Positions 29,157 to 39,100 of a stretch of 59,905 nt of DNA are shown here, piece by piece. This DNA is from a bacterium (GTDB lineage Bacteria > Patescibacteriota > Saccharimonadia > Saccharimonadales > SZUA-47). Location: NCBI GenBank assembly GCA_030427445.1, contig JAUIBQ010000005.1, positions 1 to 59,905 of the forward strand, written 5' to 3'. Made by a program: the position numbers and the translations under genes. The notes beneath the pieces are model-generated. The model saw only the letters and a list, made by a program, of their open reading frames with translations. It made no database searches and had not been told where the DNA came from. Numbering within the stretch: position 1 is the first letter of the stretch; every line of letters starts with the position of its first letter.

Positions 29157-31823
29157 ATGAATGTATCCGCTATTGCTACTACTGCATGGCAATTTGCAAA
29201 ACGGTATCGAATAACAATGCTTTTATGGGTTATCGTCGCCCTATTTGGGGCGCTTAGTTACGGGTTTCTCTTAAATCGTGAAGGATTTCCGCCAGTTAAT
29301 CTACCGATAGCAACAGTACAGGGAACGTATTTTGTTAATGATCAAAATAAGGTAGACCAAGACATTGTCGTGCCAATCACGGATGCGCTTGAGACACTAG
29401 ATTCCATTGATAGCTATCAGGCATCAGCGAGATCAAATAGTTATGGAATTTTTATTTTTTTCAAAGACGATGTAGAAGCCGATGATGGTGCAAACCAAGT
29501 AAACAGCGCCATCAAAGAGCTAGCCACACTTCCTGAGGGAGTAGAGTATGCTGTTGAGCCAATTGAGCCAGCTTTGTTTTATGGCGAGTACAATTTGGTA
29601 GCAGCAGTATATGATCAAGAAGACTCATCGTACGAAGATCTACAGACAGTCGCTATGCAGGTTGCAGACGATGTTGCAACAATTGCAGAGGTAGAATCTG
29701 CAGAAGCTATAGAAGTAGTAGAGCAGGTGTCTAGTCCTGGAAGTGAAGAAAGTATTTCACAACAAACATCAATTAATCGTGTTGGAATCAGAGACGGCGA
29801 AAGCTTCACGTATTATCCAGCTGTATCTGTAGGGGTTGTTTCTGCAGAAGGAATTGACGACCTAGATTTATCTGATGGTGTCGCAGCTAAGCTATCTTCT
29901 ATAGACACAGGTAGTGCAAAAACGACGATTACTGCGGACTTCGCTACGACGGTGCGACAGCAAGTTAATTCCCTGCAAAGTAACTTAGTAAGCGGGTTAA
30001 TCGCGGTAATTATAGTCACGCTATTGTTAATCAGCTGGCGTGCTTCAGTTGTTATCGCTCTCTTTATCCCAACAGTACTTGCGGCCACATTTTTAGGTAT
30101 GTTTGCTTTAGGCTATACGCTGAACACCATTACATTGTTTGCAGTTATCCTGACACTCGGATTGTTTGTAGATGATGCTACGATAATTGTCGAAGCACTC
30201 GACGCCGGAAGGAAAAAAGGGCAGTCTCATAAGAAAACTATCAAAGAAGCAGTGGGGCGCGTAGGCGTTGCGTCGCTGGCAGGTTCACTTACAACGATGC
30301 TGGTGTTCGCACCAATGTTATTTGTCGGCGGAATACTAGGTAGTTTTATTAGATTGTTGCCGATCACAGTAATCCTTGCACTAACGATTTCATTCACAGT
30401 ATCAATTGTGCTTGTACCTCTGCTTTCAAGAATCATGGTTTTAAGCTCTTGGAGCGATATATCATTATTTAATCGACTCAGTTTGTTAGTGCCGTTCGAA
30501 AAGAGAGTCGCAGAGTTTGTTGCTAATCTTCCATTGAAGCCTACGAAAAAAGATAAAAAACGAACACTACTTCATATTGGCCTATTTTCTGTGAGTATCG
30601 TGGCTATTTTGGCTGCAGGATTTTTCTCTAGCCAACTAAAGTTTGATATTTTCCCACAACCAAAAGACGGTGATCGCCTACAGGCTTCAGTGACATACCA
30701 AAGAGGCAGTACAATTCAAGCTGCTGAAGAAATCTCAAATGATATAGACGAGATTATTGAAACAACAGTAGGAGGTGATCTTGCTTACGTTACTTATTTA
30801 GAAGCTGATGAGCTATCAGCCACAATCGATATTGGTCTTGTACCATTCTCAACTCGAGACACAACCAGCGTACAGTATGTAGATCAGCTTCAGGAATCAT
30901 TGAGTTCGGTTTCTGGAGCAACCACGCAGGTGAGTCAACTATCTGTTGGGCCACCAGTAGCTGATTACCCATTCCAGATGCGAGTCTATGGTAAAAATCA
31001 GCAAGATGTATTGGACGCCAGTAATGAAATAGCAAGGTATCTACAGGGTCAGCAACTAGAGCTAAGTGGTAAGACAACTACTATTGAAGAAGCAATTGTC
31101 CAAGTAACGGGTGGTATAAATCGCTCGGAGAAAGGGCAATACCAAACAGTACTTGCTCGTGTTGAAAACACAGATCTTAACTCGGCTGCAGTGATGGAGA
31201 TTGAGCAAGTTGTTAAAGACGAATTCAATGACGAACGGCTCGAAGAATTTGGACTAAATGCTAGCCAGTTGGACTTCGATGTTTCGCAAGAAAGCGAAAA
31301 TGCGGATAGCTTCAGCGCAATCGGTGTTGGACTGATCCTAGCGATATTTCTGATGTATATCATACTTGTTTTGTTGTTTAATTCTCTTCTTCAGCCACTC
31401 TTAATCTTAATGGCGGTACCGTTTAGTATGTTTGGTGTGTTCTCTGGATTGTTTGTCACCGATAATCCGATGAGTTTCTTTGTGATGCTTGCGATACTGG
31501 GGTTAGTAGGAATCGTGGTAAATAACTCGATTTTGCTTACAGAGTACGCCAATCAAGAGAAGGCGAGCGGCAGCACAAATCGTGAAGCGATATCTAACGC
31601 TGTTAAAGACCGATTCCGTCCGCTAATAGTCACTACGACAACTACGGTGTTCGCCCTTCTTCCACTTGCGCTTAGTGATCCTTTTTGGCAGGCTCTTGCA
31701 TATACATTGATATTCGGCATTATTTCAAGCACGGTACTGATCATTATTAGTTTCCCGTACTACTACCTAGTGGTTGAATGGATCAGAGATAAAAAGAATA
31801 ATCGCTTTAAGTCTCTACGCTAG
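29157..31823 (+). CDS. RND-family (AcrB/SwrC-like) transporter permease, short form
   Basis: REGFP, GLFVDDATIIVE, GIVVNNSILL and RFRPL motifs; two TM blocks. Confidence 0.88.
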   Translation: MNVSAIATTAWQFAKRYRITMLLWVIVALFGALSYGFLLNREGFPPVNLPIATVQGTYFVNDQNKVDQDIVVPITDALETLDSIDSYQASARSNSYGIFIFFKDDVEADDGANQVNSAIKELATLPEGVEYAVEPIEPALFYGEYNLVAAVYDQEDSSYEDLQTVAMQVADDVATIAEVESAEAIEVVEQVSSPGSEESISQQTSINRVGIRDGESFTYYPAVSVGVVSAEGIDDLDLSDGVAAKLSSIDTGSAKTTITADFATTVRQQVNSLQSNLVSGLIAVIIVTLLLISWRASVVIALFIPTVLAATFLGMFALGYTLNTITLFAVILTLGLFVDDATIIVEALDAGRKKGQSHKKTIKEAVGRVGVASLAGSLTTMLVFAPMLFVGGILGSFIRLLPITVILALTISFTVSIVLVPLLSRIMVLSSWSDISLFNRLSLLVPFEKRVAEFVANLPLKPTKKDKKRTLLHIGLFSVSIVAILAAGFFSSQLKFDIFPQPKDGDRLQASVTYQRGSTIQAAEEISNDIDEIIETTVGGDLAYVTYLEADELSATIDIGLVPFSTRDTTSVQYVDQLQESLSSVSGATTQVSQLSVGPPVADYPFQMRVYGKNQQDVLDASNEIARYLQGQQLELSGKTTTIEEAIVQVTGGINRSEKGQYQTVLARVENTDLNSAAVMEIEQVVKDEFNDERLEEFGLNASQLDFDVSQESENADSFSAIGVGLILAIFLMYIILVLLFNSLLQPLLILMAVPFSMFGVFSGLFVTDNPMSFFVMLAILGLVGIVVNNSILLTEYANQEKASGSTNREAISNAVKDRFRPLIVTTTTTVFALLPLALSDPFWQALAYTLIFGIISSTVLIIISFPYYYLVVEWIRDKKNNRFKSLR

Positions 31824-31831
31824 CTGAATTT

Positions 31832-32512
31832 TCACCAGCGAATGGGTTTTTTGCCTTGTTTTTTAAGATAATCGTTTGTTTTACTAAACGGTTTACTCCC
31901 GAAGAACCCACGATGTGCACTTAGAGGTGACGGGTGGGGTGCTTCAAGGATGCAATGCTTCGATTGGTTTATTAGAGGTTTCTTGCTGCGTGCATACGAA
32001 CCCCATAAGATAAACACGACATGCTCGTTTTTTTCTGATATTGTCTGAATGATCTTATCGGTGAATTGCTCCCACCCTTTTTTTTGATGACTTCCGGCTT
32101 GATGGGCACGTACGGTCAGAGTAGCATTTAGCAGTAGAACCCCTTGTGTCGCCCAATCTGATAAATCGCCATCAGTTCTTGTTACTTTTAGGTCATCCTT
32201 TAGTTCCTTGTAGATGTTTCGTAAGCTCGGTGGCAAAGGGAAGTTACTGGGGACTGAGAAACTGAAGCCTTGTGCCTGCGGTTTGCCGTAAACGTCGCTA
32301 TGATAGGGGTCTTGACCTAATATAACAACCGCAACATCGCGTATCGGGCATTCATCTAATGACCTGAAAATATTCTTTGGAAGCGGGTAGACCGTCGTTT
32401 TAGTGTATTCATCTTTAATAAACTCAGTCAGGTTTTTAAAATATTCCTTCTGAAATTCATCACGTAAAGCCTCTTTCCAGCTGTTCTCAAGTACGACGTC
32501 CATACGCTCCAA
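31832..32512 (-). CDS. ung: Uracil-DNA glycosylase, family 1 (start may be 32503)
   Basis: GQDPYH, PPSLRNI, GVLLLN and HPSPLSAHRGF motifs. Confidence 0.97.
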   Translation of the reverse strand: MERMDVVLENSWKEALRDEFQKEYFKNLTEFIKDEYTKTTVYPLPKNIFRSLDECPIRDVAVVILGQDPYHSDVYGKPQAQGFSFSVPSNFPLPPSLRNIYKELKDDLKVTRTDGDLSDWATQGVLLLNATLTVRAHQAGSHQKKGWEQFTDKIIQTISEKNEHVVFILWGSYARSKKPLINQSKHCILEAPHPSPLSAHRGFFGSKPFSKTNDYLKKQGKKPIRW

Positions 32513-32529
32513 TGTACCATAGTCAGTAT

Positions 32530-32566
32530 AAAAAGTTAGCAGCTACATTGAACGTAGCTGCTAACT
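32530..32566 (-). terminator. Rho-independent terminator
   Basis: AGTTAGCAGCTAC/GTAGCTGCTAACT stem with an A-run on the + strand side. Confidence 0.75.
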
Positions 32567-32600
32567 GAATCAAGGGACGAGCAAGTAGTGTTTAAAAGAG

Positions 32601-33035
32601 CTATCTCATTCTCATACCACCGCCAGGGCCACCCCTACCGCCGCTAAGTCGTAAGTAAGACAGATCAATGCCGTTTTCTTCTGACCAGGTTTCGAGTTCT
32701 GCTTGACGAGATTCGCGTTCAGCTTCCATTTCTTCACGCTTTGTTTCGATTGCAGCTTTCTGATCCTCAGTGATTTCACCCGAGTCTACGAGACTTTGTA
32801 GTTCTTCGCTGTATTCAGCTTCTCTTTCTGCCTGACGTTCTTCTTTTAACTCGTCCATAGCAGTTTGGACTTCTGCTTCATCTACATTCAACTTTTCAGA
32901 CAACGATGAAGTGAACTCGCTGTCATTACTGCTGTGAGCGCTTACGATACCACTAGTTATCCCTAGCGTACCAATCCCAGCTATAGCCACGAGAGCACTC
33001 ATTGTTAATGGTTGTTTTATGCTTTTACTTATCAT
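32601..33035 (-). CDS. Exported helical hypothetical protein
   Basis: Signal peptide; E/R-rich helices; G.IT.DQ motif; Gly-rich tail; AAGGAG RBS. Confidence 0.7.
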   Translation of the reverse strand: MISKSIKQPLTMSALVAIAGIGTLGITSGIVSAHSSNDSEFTSSLSEKLNVDEAEVQTAMDELKEERQAEREAEYSEELQSLVDSGEITEDQKAAIETKREEMEAERESRQAELETWSEENGIDLSYLRLSGGRGGPGGGMRMR

Positions 33036-33121
33036 TTTTTACTCCTTATAGTTAGTTTTGTAGCTAGTTCTCGTGTGCTGCCATGCCCATGATGGTCAAG
33101 CTCGGGTTCACTACGCGATTA

Positions 33122-33154
33122 ACTATATTAAACGGCTCTTTAAACGAGCTTAAA
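33122..33154 (-). promoter_or_regulatory. OmpR/CiaR-type direct repeat TTTAAG-N5-TTAAAG, 10 bp upstream of TATAGT
   Basis: Minus strand reads TTTAAG CTCGT TTAAAG AGCCGTTTAA TATAGT. Confidence 0.6.
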
Positions 33155-33203
33155 AGTATTGATTCTTACATTTCGTATCTGTTAGTGTGATACGATTCTA
33201 TGC

Positions 33204-33749
33204 ATGAATATACTCTACGTTCCCGGACTTGGCGAAGGAGCTGTGTTGTCATTTCAGAAAAAGTACATTGCACTACTAAATGTGTTTAGATCGAAACACA
33301 GCAAAATTGCTGTGTTTGAACCTCGTTGGGAAAGCGATGAAAATTTCGAGAAAAAATATAAACGCCTCCTGGAGTTGTACGAAACAATACATCCAACTAT
33401 TGTTGTGGGTCCTAGTGCCGGCGGCGCATTGACTATAACATTATTTGCTGAACATGAAGAGCTCAAAACTGCTTATGTCATATGCGGTAAGCTCCGAGGC
33501 TCAGAAAAGATTGGTGAAGTTTACAACAAACGTGCTCCTGCTTTGATAGATGCGGTAAAGAGAAGTGAGTTCCACTTGAAGAGCGGGATAGGACGAGATA
33601 TACGAAGCTTTGTTTCTAAGCACGATTACGACGGTATTGTAGAAAAAGAAGATATGTTTACAGAAGAAATGCGGCTTACGACTATGCCTGTAGTACAACA
33701 TGGTCGAGCTATTTTATACTGGTTGTTTAGATATTTGCCGGGTGTTTAA
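33204..33749 (+). CDS. Small alpha/beta-hydrolase-like protein
   Basis: VPGLG oxyanion motif, GPSAGG nucleophile, DGIV and H. Confidence 0.6.
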   Translation: MNILYVPGLGEGAVLSFQKKYIALLNVFRSKHSKIAVFEPRWESDENFEKKYKRLLELYETIHPTIVVGPSAGGALTITLFAEHEELKTAYVICGKLRGSEKIGEVYNKRAPALIDAVKRSEFHLKSGIGRDIRSFVSKHDYDGIVEKEDMFTEEMRLTTMPVVQHGRAILYWLFRYLPGV

Positions 33750-34012
33750 CGTTTCAGTTTTTCGCGATGAGGACAACCAGCCCAGCAGCATGGACGCCTC
33801 ATACCTTTTTTCATTTTGTCTAATCCAGTGATGATACGCTTTTCTCTAGTTTTTTCTTGTTTTGCAGAAGTTACCCAGCAAATCCACTCATTTCGTGCCA
33901 GTGGGGTAATGTCTTGCCATAGAGTGGTAGCATAATCTTCAGACACTATCGCTTGTCTAAAATCGGCCGGGAGTTTGTGCACAGTCCCGTCGTTAAGCGT
34001 GGAAGTTTTCAT
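33746..34012 (-). CDS. YdeI/OmpD-associated family protein
   Basis: P.DF...WQDITPLARNEWICWV.SAK...TR..RI and RRPCCW.GC motifs. Confidence 0.85.
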   Translation of the reverse strand: MKTSTLNDGTVHKLPADFRQAIVSEDYATTLWQDITPLARNEWICWVTSAKQEKTREKRIITGLDKMKKGMRRPCCWAGCPHREKLKR

Positions 34013-34033
34013 GGGTAGTAGTATACTACTATT

Positions 34034-35014
34034 CTATTTTGGAAGCGTGACAGAAAATACACTTCCTTTTTTGCCATCACTACTAACATCAAGATGATAG
34101 TTTTTTGAGCGAGCTACTTCTGTAGCTATGGATAACCCTAGTCCATACCCTGATGACTCATTCTCTGTGCGTGAGGTATCGGCTCTATAAAAACGCTCAA
34201 AAACCACTTTCTGTTTATCTTTAGGTATCCCAATGCCTTGATCTTCCACGTGTATAGAGAAAGATTTTTTCGAATCGGTTGAGCTGATAACTACTGTACT
34301 TTTCTTGGGGCTATACTTGAGCGCATTGTCTATGTATATCGAAAGTATCTGAGACAGTGCAGATGGGTGCAGCGTTATAGATGCTGAATCAACTTTTGTT
34401 GTGAATGATATATTTTTTTCTTTTGCTTGCAGCTCAAATGTCTTCACTATTTTATCGACTACCTCACGTATGTCTACTAGTTGAGGAGATTCGTTTGTTT
34501 GCTGGGTGGATAGCTCAAGCAGTGAATTTGTGAGTTGTCTTAATGACTCGACTTGTTTAATGTTTGTGAGTAAAAGTTGTTGTACCTCATCTTTTTTCAG
34601 AGACTTCTTTTTCAGTGCTATTTCGTTCGAAAGTAGTAATGACGTCAGTGGGGTTCGTAGTTCATGTGATGCATCAGAAACAAAACGCTCTTGTTGGCGT
34701 ATCGATGCTTCAATCGGCGAAAGAGTTTTTCGTGCGAGTCCATAAGAAAGCACTGTTCCACCAAGTAATATTGTTAGGTTAAGTAAGGCGAGAGACACTA
34801 TAACTGATTGTTTCGTTTCTCGGTCTCTTCTGTCTATCCGTTCTTGTAGTGAGTCTGGAATACGCTCTGCTTGTAGTGCACGATTTGCTTGAGGTGGAAG
34901 CGGACGATTTAAGCGGTCAGAAACAAGTCCATAAATGATAAAACTAAAGATGATAGACAACGTCATGATGACTGCTAAGTAACTAATGGTTAGTTGTCTT
35001 GTTCTTTTATCCAT
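34034..35014 (-). CDS. Sensor histidine kinase (CiaH-like, short sensor loop)
   Basis: Two TMs; FVSDASHELRTPL, DNALKY, DQGIGI, FERFYR and GLGLSIA motifs. Confidence 0.93.
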   Translation of the reverse strand: MDKRTRQLTISYLAVIMTLSIIFSFIIYGLVSDRLNRPLPPQANRALQAERIPDSLQERIDRRDRETKQSVIVSLALLNLTILLGGTVLSYGLARKTLSPIEASIRQQERFVSDASHELRTPLTSLLLSNEIALKKKSLKKDEVQQLLLTNIKQVESLRQLTNSLLELSTQQTNESPQLVDIREVVDKIVKTFELQAKEKNISFTTKVDSASITLHPSALSQILSIYIDNALKYSPKKSTVVISSTDSKKSFSIHVEDQGIGIPKDKQKVVFERFYRADTSRTENESSGYGLGLSIATEVARSKNYHLDVSSDGKKGSVFSVTLPK

Positions 35015-35016
35015 GC

Positions 35017-35685
35017 TTAATCTTCGATTTTGTATCCAAAGCCAGGAACCGTATGGATCAACGCGTGACCAAAAGGCTTATCTATTTTTTTACGCAAGAA
35101 CATGATAAAGAGTTCAACGTTGTTAGGTAGTACATTCGATTCAAAATTCCATACATGCCCGATAATCGACTCTTTCGTATGAGGTGTATAAGGGTTTCTC
35201 ATTAGAAACTCCAGTAAGGCATACTCTTTTGCTGTTAACTGAATGTCTTTCTTTGCCCGCGAGACTTGTTTCGTTTTTGGATCTAAAGTCAGGTCGGCTA
35301 TTTGTAGTATTTCTTGGCTTTTCTCTGCTGGACGCCTCAACAACGCACGGACTCGTGCTAATAACTCGTCAAAGTTAAATGGTTTCACAACATAGTCATC
35401 TGCGCCTGCATCGAGTCCGTTAACTATATCACTGTGCTGATTCCTCGCAGTAAGCATAATGATTGGAGTCGCTACGTTATCACCTCGAAGTTTTTTACAT
35501 ACATCGACACCGTTCATCTCAGGCAGCATAATATCAAGCAGAATCAAGTCATAATCATGTGATGAGGCGCTCAAGTAGCCATCGTAGCCATCGTACGAAA
35601 CATCAACAGCATATGATTCGTGTTCCAGGCCATCTTTTATCGCATGTGCGATGATTTTATTGTCTTCGACGACAAGTATTCTCAT
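35017..35685 (-). CDS. OmpR-family response regulator
   Basis: Receiver domain plus winged helix (LTAKEYALL, LRKKID, TVPGFGY). Confidence 0.95.
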   Translation of the reverse strand: MRILVVEDNKIIAHAIKDGLEHESYAVDVSYDGYDGYLSASSHDYDLILLDIMLPEMNGVDVCKKLRGDNVATPIIMLTARNQHSDIVNGLDAGADDYVVKPFNFDELLARVRALLRRPAEKSQEILQIADLTLDPKTKQVSRAKKDIQLTAKEYALLEFLMRNPYTPHTKESIIGHVWNFESNVLPNNVELFIMFLRKKIDKPFGHALIHTVPGFGYKIED

Positions 35686-35715
35686 AAGTAAAGTATACCT
35701 TTCATGATGGTTCCA

Positions 35716-35749
35716 AGTATATGCAAGTGTTGCTTTATTTCTGCTTTAA
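35716..35749 (-). promoter_or_regulatory. Second direct repeat TTAAAG-N5-ATAAAG upstream of TATACT (autoregulation candidate)
   Basis: Same 11-bp periodic hexamers, 11 bp upstream of a -10. Confidence 0.45.
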
Positions 35750-35816
35750 ATGTCTTCGGAGGGTGAAGTTGTTATACTTAATAGCATCTAAGCAAGGATA
35801 AGCAGTTAACTTACTA

Positions 35817-37721
35817 ATGCGATTTCTTATCAAATCATTTCGGGGTGTTACGCAAAACAAAAAGCACTTACTAGCTCTTGGCTTGCTTATTGTTTTAGGT
35901 GCTGCAGCATCTTTGTATGTGTTTTATCCACGTACTATCAGTTTTGCTTATGCTGGTGAGTCATGTGTCAACAAACTAACATTACTGCCTTCACATCACT
36001 CATCAGAAAGTGATCATTTTGCTGTTGAGTTCGAGGGTATGGTTACCTTGTTTGATAAACAGATACTCTCTAAAAAAACTTGTATCAAGCCAAAAGTACA
36101 GCCCCAAGAAGGTGTCTATAAAGTCGTTATAACGCCACATTCCTTAAGCATGTACGGTACATATGCGACAGTTGTTGTCGGTAGTGAACCCGAAGTAGAC
36201 CTAAGCAGTATTGCATCACCATTACCCACGAACGACCCTATAGAATTAAAACTTTCAAAACCGGACACGACTTATTCATACACACTGCGAGCAAACAGCA
36301 GCATGGCAGAGTGTAGTACAGAAGTAGACAGTATTCATATAGTATGTGACGCATCCCAGCTTAATTTAGAGCAAGGAAGTAAATATGATATCAGTGTTTC
36401 ACGATACTTTGGAGGTAAAGAATCAAGCATTGAGATTGGTGCTGTTTCTGTCGAGACACTCTCTGCTACGACGATTCGCGAAGCATCCATAGCTAACGAA
36501 GATATCATTTACTCGAAACCGACCAAGTTTAGTTTTACAGCCGATAAAGAACTAGAAGGAGCGGTTGTAAGTTTAGCCACTGTTGATGGCGATGAAGTTC
36601 CTGGCGTGGTGTCTATAGATGGCGAATCGCTGACTTACGACGTAAAGGAAGAGCTAGCACGAGATATGCAGTTCACGATTACAGTTGAGCAAGTGCGCGC
36701 CATTGACGGATCCTCGCTGAGTAACCCATATGTTCTGTCGTTCATGACATCTGGAGGTCCAAAGGTCTTGAGTTCATCTATAAAGTCGTACGGCACGTCT
36801 CCGAATGCTTCGGTATCAATAAAACTAGATCAAGCATTACTGGATACAACGGATATTACAGAGTTAGTCACTGTGAGTGGTGTGCCTGCCCAAGCGAGTT
36901 TTACTGAAGACACAATCTACATTTCATTGAACAACGCTGACCTATGTAGCTTATTCACCATTCAAATTAAGGGTGAGCTTCAAAGCACGTATGAAGTTAC
37001 TTCATTGGTTGAGTGGAGTCAGTCGTCTCGTATCCGGTGTCATTCTATTTCTACAATCGGTTATTCGGTTCGAGGAAGGGCAATCTCAGCTTACAGTTTC
37101 GGGTCAGGAGAGCCGATGTTGTTTATAGGAGCGACACATGGGAATGAGCTCAGCAGTGGCTATCTTATGGATAGGTTCATTGATGACTTAGAAGCAAATG
37201 TTGACGCAATACCTGAGGGCAGGAGGGTGGTAGTGGTACCGCGAGTTAGTCCAGACGGATTTGCTGCTATAACCAGGAGAAATGCTAATAATGTCGATTT
37301 AAACAGAAACTTCCCGACAGCAGATTGGAAAAGCGATGTGACGATGCCTGGTGGAGCTTTAGTTGAAGGTGGGGGTGGAAGCGAACCACTGTCTGAGCCA
37401 GAGAGTAGTGCTATTGCAGACTATACATTGGCACTGCAGCCAAAACTTGTGCTCACCTATCATGCTGTCGCGAATAACGTTATCGCAAATGAAGCAGGTG
37501 TTTCATGGAATGCTGCAGCTAAGTACGCACAGTTAAGCGGCTACCAACATGTTTCTAAGTCCGCAACTGGAGATGTATTTGTTTATGATACGAATGGAGC
37601 TTACGAGGATTGGTTATATGAAAAACATGGGATTGCAGCTTTATTGGTTGAGCTTAGTAGTATGAGTTACTCGCAGTTTGAAAGAAACAAGCCTGCGATG
37701 TGGGCAATGTTGGATTTTTAG
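35817..37721 (+). CDS. Membrane-anchored Ig-like domains plus M14 zinc carboxypeptidase (MpaA-like)
   Basis: GATHGNE, RRNANNVDLNRNFP, SEPES, TYH and VEL motifs; N-terminal TM. Confidence 0.85.
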   Translation: MRFLIKSFRGVTQNKKHLLALGLLIVLGAAASLYVFYPRTISFAYAGESCVNKLTLLPSHHSSESDHFAVEFEGMVTLFDKQILSKKTCIKPKVQPQEGVYKVVITPHSLSMYGTYATVVVGSEPEVDLSSIASPLPTNDPIELKLSKPDTTYSYTLRANSSMAECSTEVDSIHIVCDASQLNLEQGSKYDISVSRYFGGKESSIEIGAVSVETLSATTIREASIANEDIIYSKPTKFSFTADKELEGAVVSLATVDGDEVPGVVSIDGESLTYDVKEELARDMQFTITVEQVRAIDGSSLSNPYVLSFMTSGGPKVLSSSIKSYGTSPNASVSIKLDQALLDTTDITELVTVSGVPAQASFTEDTIYISLNNADLCSLFTIQIKGELQSTYEVTSLVEWSQSSRIRCHSISTIGYSVRGRAISAYSFGSGEPMLFIGATHGNELSSGYLMDRFIDDLEANVDAIPEGRRVVVVPRVSPDGFAAITRRNANNVDLNRNFPTADWKSDVTMPGGALVEGGGGSEPLSEPESSAIADYTLALQPKLVLTYHAVANNVIANEAGVSWNAAAKYAQLSGYQHVSKSATGDVFVYDTNGAYEDWLYEKHGIAALLVELSSMSYSQFERNKPAMWAMLDF

Positions 37722-37730
37722 CTTAGCTAT

Positions 37731-38486
37731 TTAAATATCAGAAGCTTTGTCTACAAGTGTCGCTTGGATGCGATAGGGCAGAAAGCGCACGAATAGATTA
37801 GTAAGTAGTTTGTTTGAGAAGCCGTGTGTGACCTCGACTTTACCACTCATCATTGCGTCATACCCTAGTTGTGCGACGTCTTTTGGATCGGCTCCTTGAC
37901 TGTGCTGAGGTGCATTTGCCTCCTTGAAAAAAGAGGTCTTTGTAGCTCCTGGATGGAGTGCTGTCACAGTGACACCATACGGTTTCATGCTGTGTGCGAG
38001 TGCACGAGACAAGCTGCGGACGTATGCTTTCGTAGCATAGTATACCGGCTGCTTTGGCCCTGGAAAAAATGAAGCTACGGAAGCTGTGTTGAGTATCTTT
38101 CCGCCTCCTTGTTTTTTGAAGTCTTTGCCAAACAGGTAGCAAAGTTCAGTGAGCGACTGCATATTTAGGTGCATCATGTTCTGGTACGTTTCTAGACTAC
38201 CTTCAAGAAAATCTCCGACATAACCAAACCCTGCGTTGTTCACTAATATTCGGATATTTTTATCTTTCAGGTCAGTGTGTAACTTTTGTGCTGATCTGGG
38301 CTTGGATAGATCTGCAGGATAGATGTCTACAGCTACCCCATATTGCTCTTCCAAAGTCTTGGCTATCTCATCAAGTTCTTTTTTACTGCGCGAGTTTAAT
38401 ACAAGGTCATGGCCCTTAGATGCCATGAGGTTCGCTAGTTCTAAACCGATGCCACTACTTGCTCCGGTGATAAGTGCTTTTTGCAT
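37731..38486 (-). CDS. SDR oxidoreductase (DltE-like)
   Basis: TGASSGIG, NNAGFG and YYATK motifs. Confidence 0.93.
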   Translation of the reverse strand: MQKALITGASSGIGLELANLMASKGHDLVLNSRSKKELDEIAKTLEEQYGVAVDIYPADLSKPRSAQKLHTDLKDKNIRILVNNAGFGYVGDFLEGSLETYQNMMHLNMQSLTELCYLFGKDFKKQGGGKILNTASVASFFPGPKQPVYYATKAYVRSLSRALAHSMKPYGVTVTALHPGATKTSFFKEANAPQHSQGADPKDVAQLGYDAMMSGKVEVTHGFSNKLLTNLFVRFLPYRIQATLVDKASDI

Positions 38487-38503
38487 AGTTTCCTCAAATT
38501 AAA

Positions 38504-38534
38504 TACACCCCCAGTATGACATACCAGGGGTGTA
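38504..38534 (-). terminator. Hairpin downstream of the RRM gene
   Basis: TACACCCC/GGGGTGTA stem; weak U-tail. Confidence 0.45.
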
Positions 38535-38554
38535 GCTTTCAGCGGTTGCTCGAC

Positions 38555-38884
38555 TTAGTAGCGTCCGCGTCGGTCGTTGCCACCGAAGTTACGGTTGCCG
38601 CCACCGTTATTGTCGAAAGAACGACGTGGTCGCTCTTCGCGAGGTCGTGCTTCTGACAGGTTGATTGCTCGTCCGTTAATCTCTTTACCGTTTAGGGTAT
38701 CTAGAGCTTTTTTGCCATCGTCTTCGTCTTCCATTTCGACAAAGCCGAAGCCTTTTGAACGTCCAGATTCGCGATCTTTGATCACGACTGCACTTTTAAC
38801 TGCACCAGCTGATTCGAAAAACTCACGGAGTTCATCATCAGTGACGCTGTAGGCAAGTCCGCCTACGTATAGGTTTTTAGCCAT
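38555..38884 (-). CDS. RRM RNA-binding protein
   Basis: RNP2 LYVGGL, RNP1 KGFGFVEM, G/R-rich tail; AAGGA RBS favours the MAKN start. Confidence 0.95.
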   Translation of the reverse strand: MAKNLYVGGLAYSVTDDELREFFESAGAVKSAVVIKDRESGRSKGFGFVEMEDEDDGKKALDTLNGKEINGRAINLSEARPREERPRRSFDNNGGGNRNFGGNDRRGRY

Positions 38885-39100
38885 ATACATCCTTAAAATT
38901 AGTTTATGTACGCCTGTTGTTCTCTTATCCTGCTCACGATTGTTGTTAGTACGTATAAACTAATGAACTTACGGAGTGTAATAGTAACTACTTGCAAGCA
39001 GGATTATACCAGAAATTGACTTATTAAGAAAGATAACGAAAATTTTACAAGAATCAATTAAGTAAAATATAGTTTTATAGCTTGCTGTACAATTGCATAT

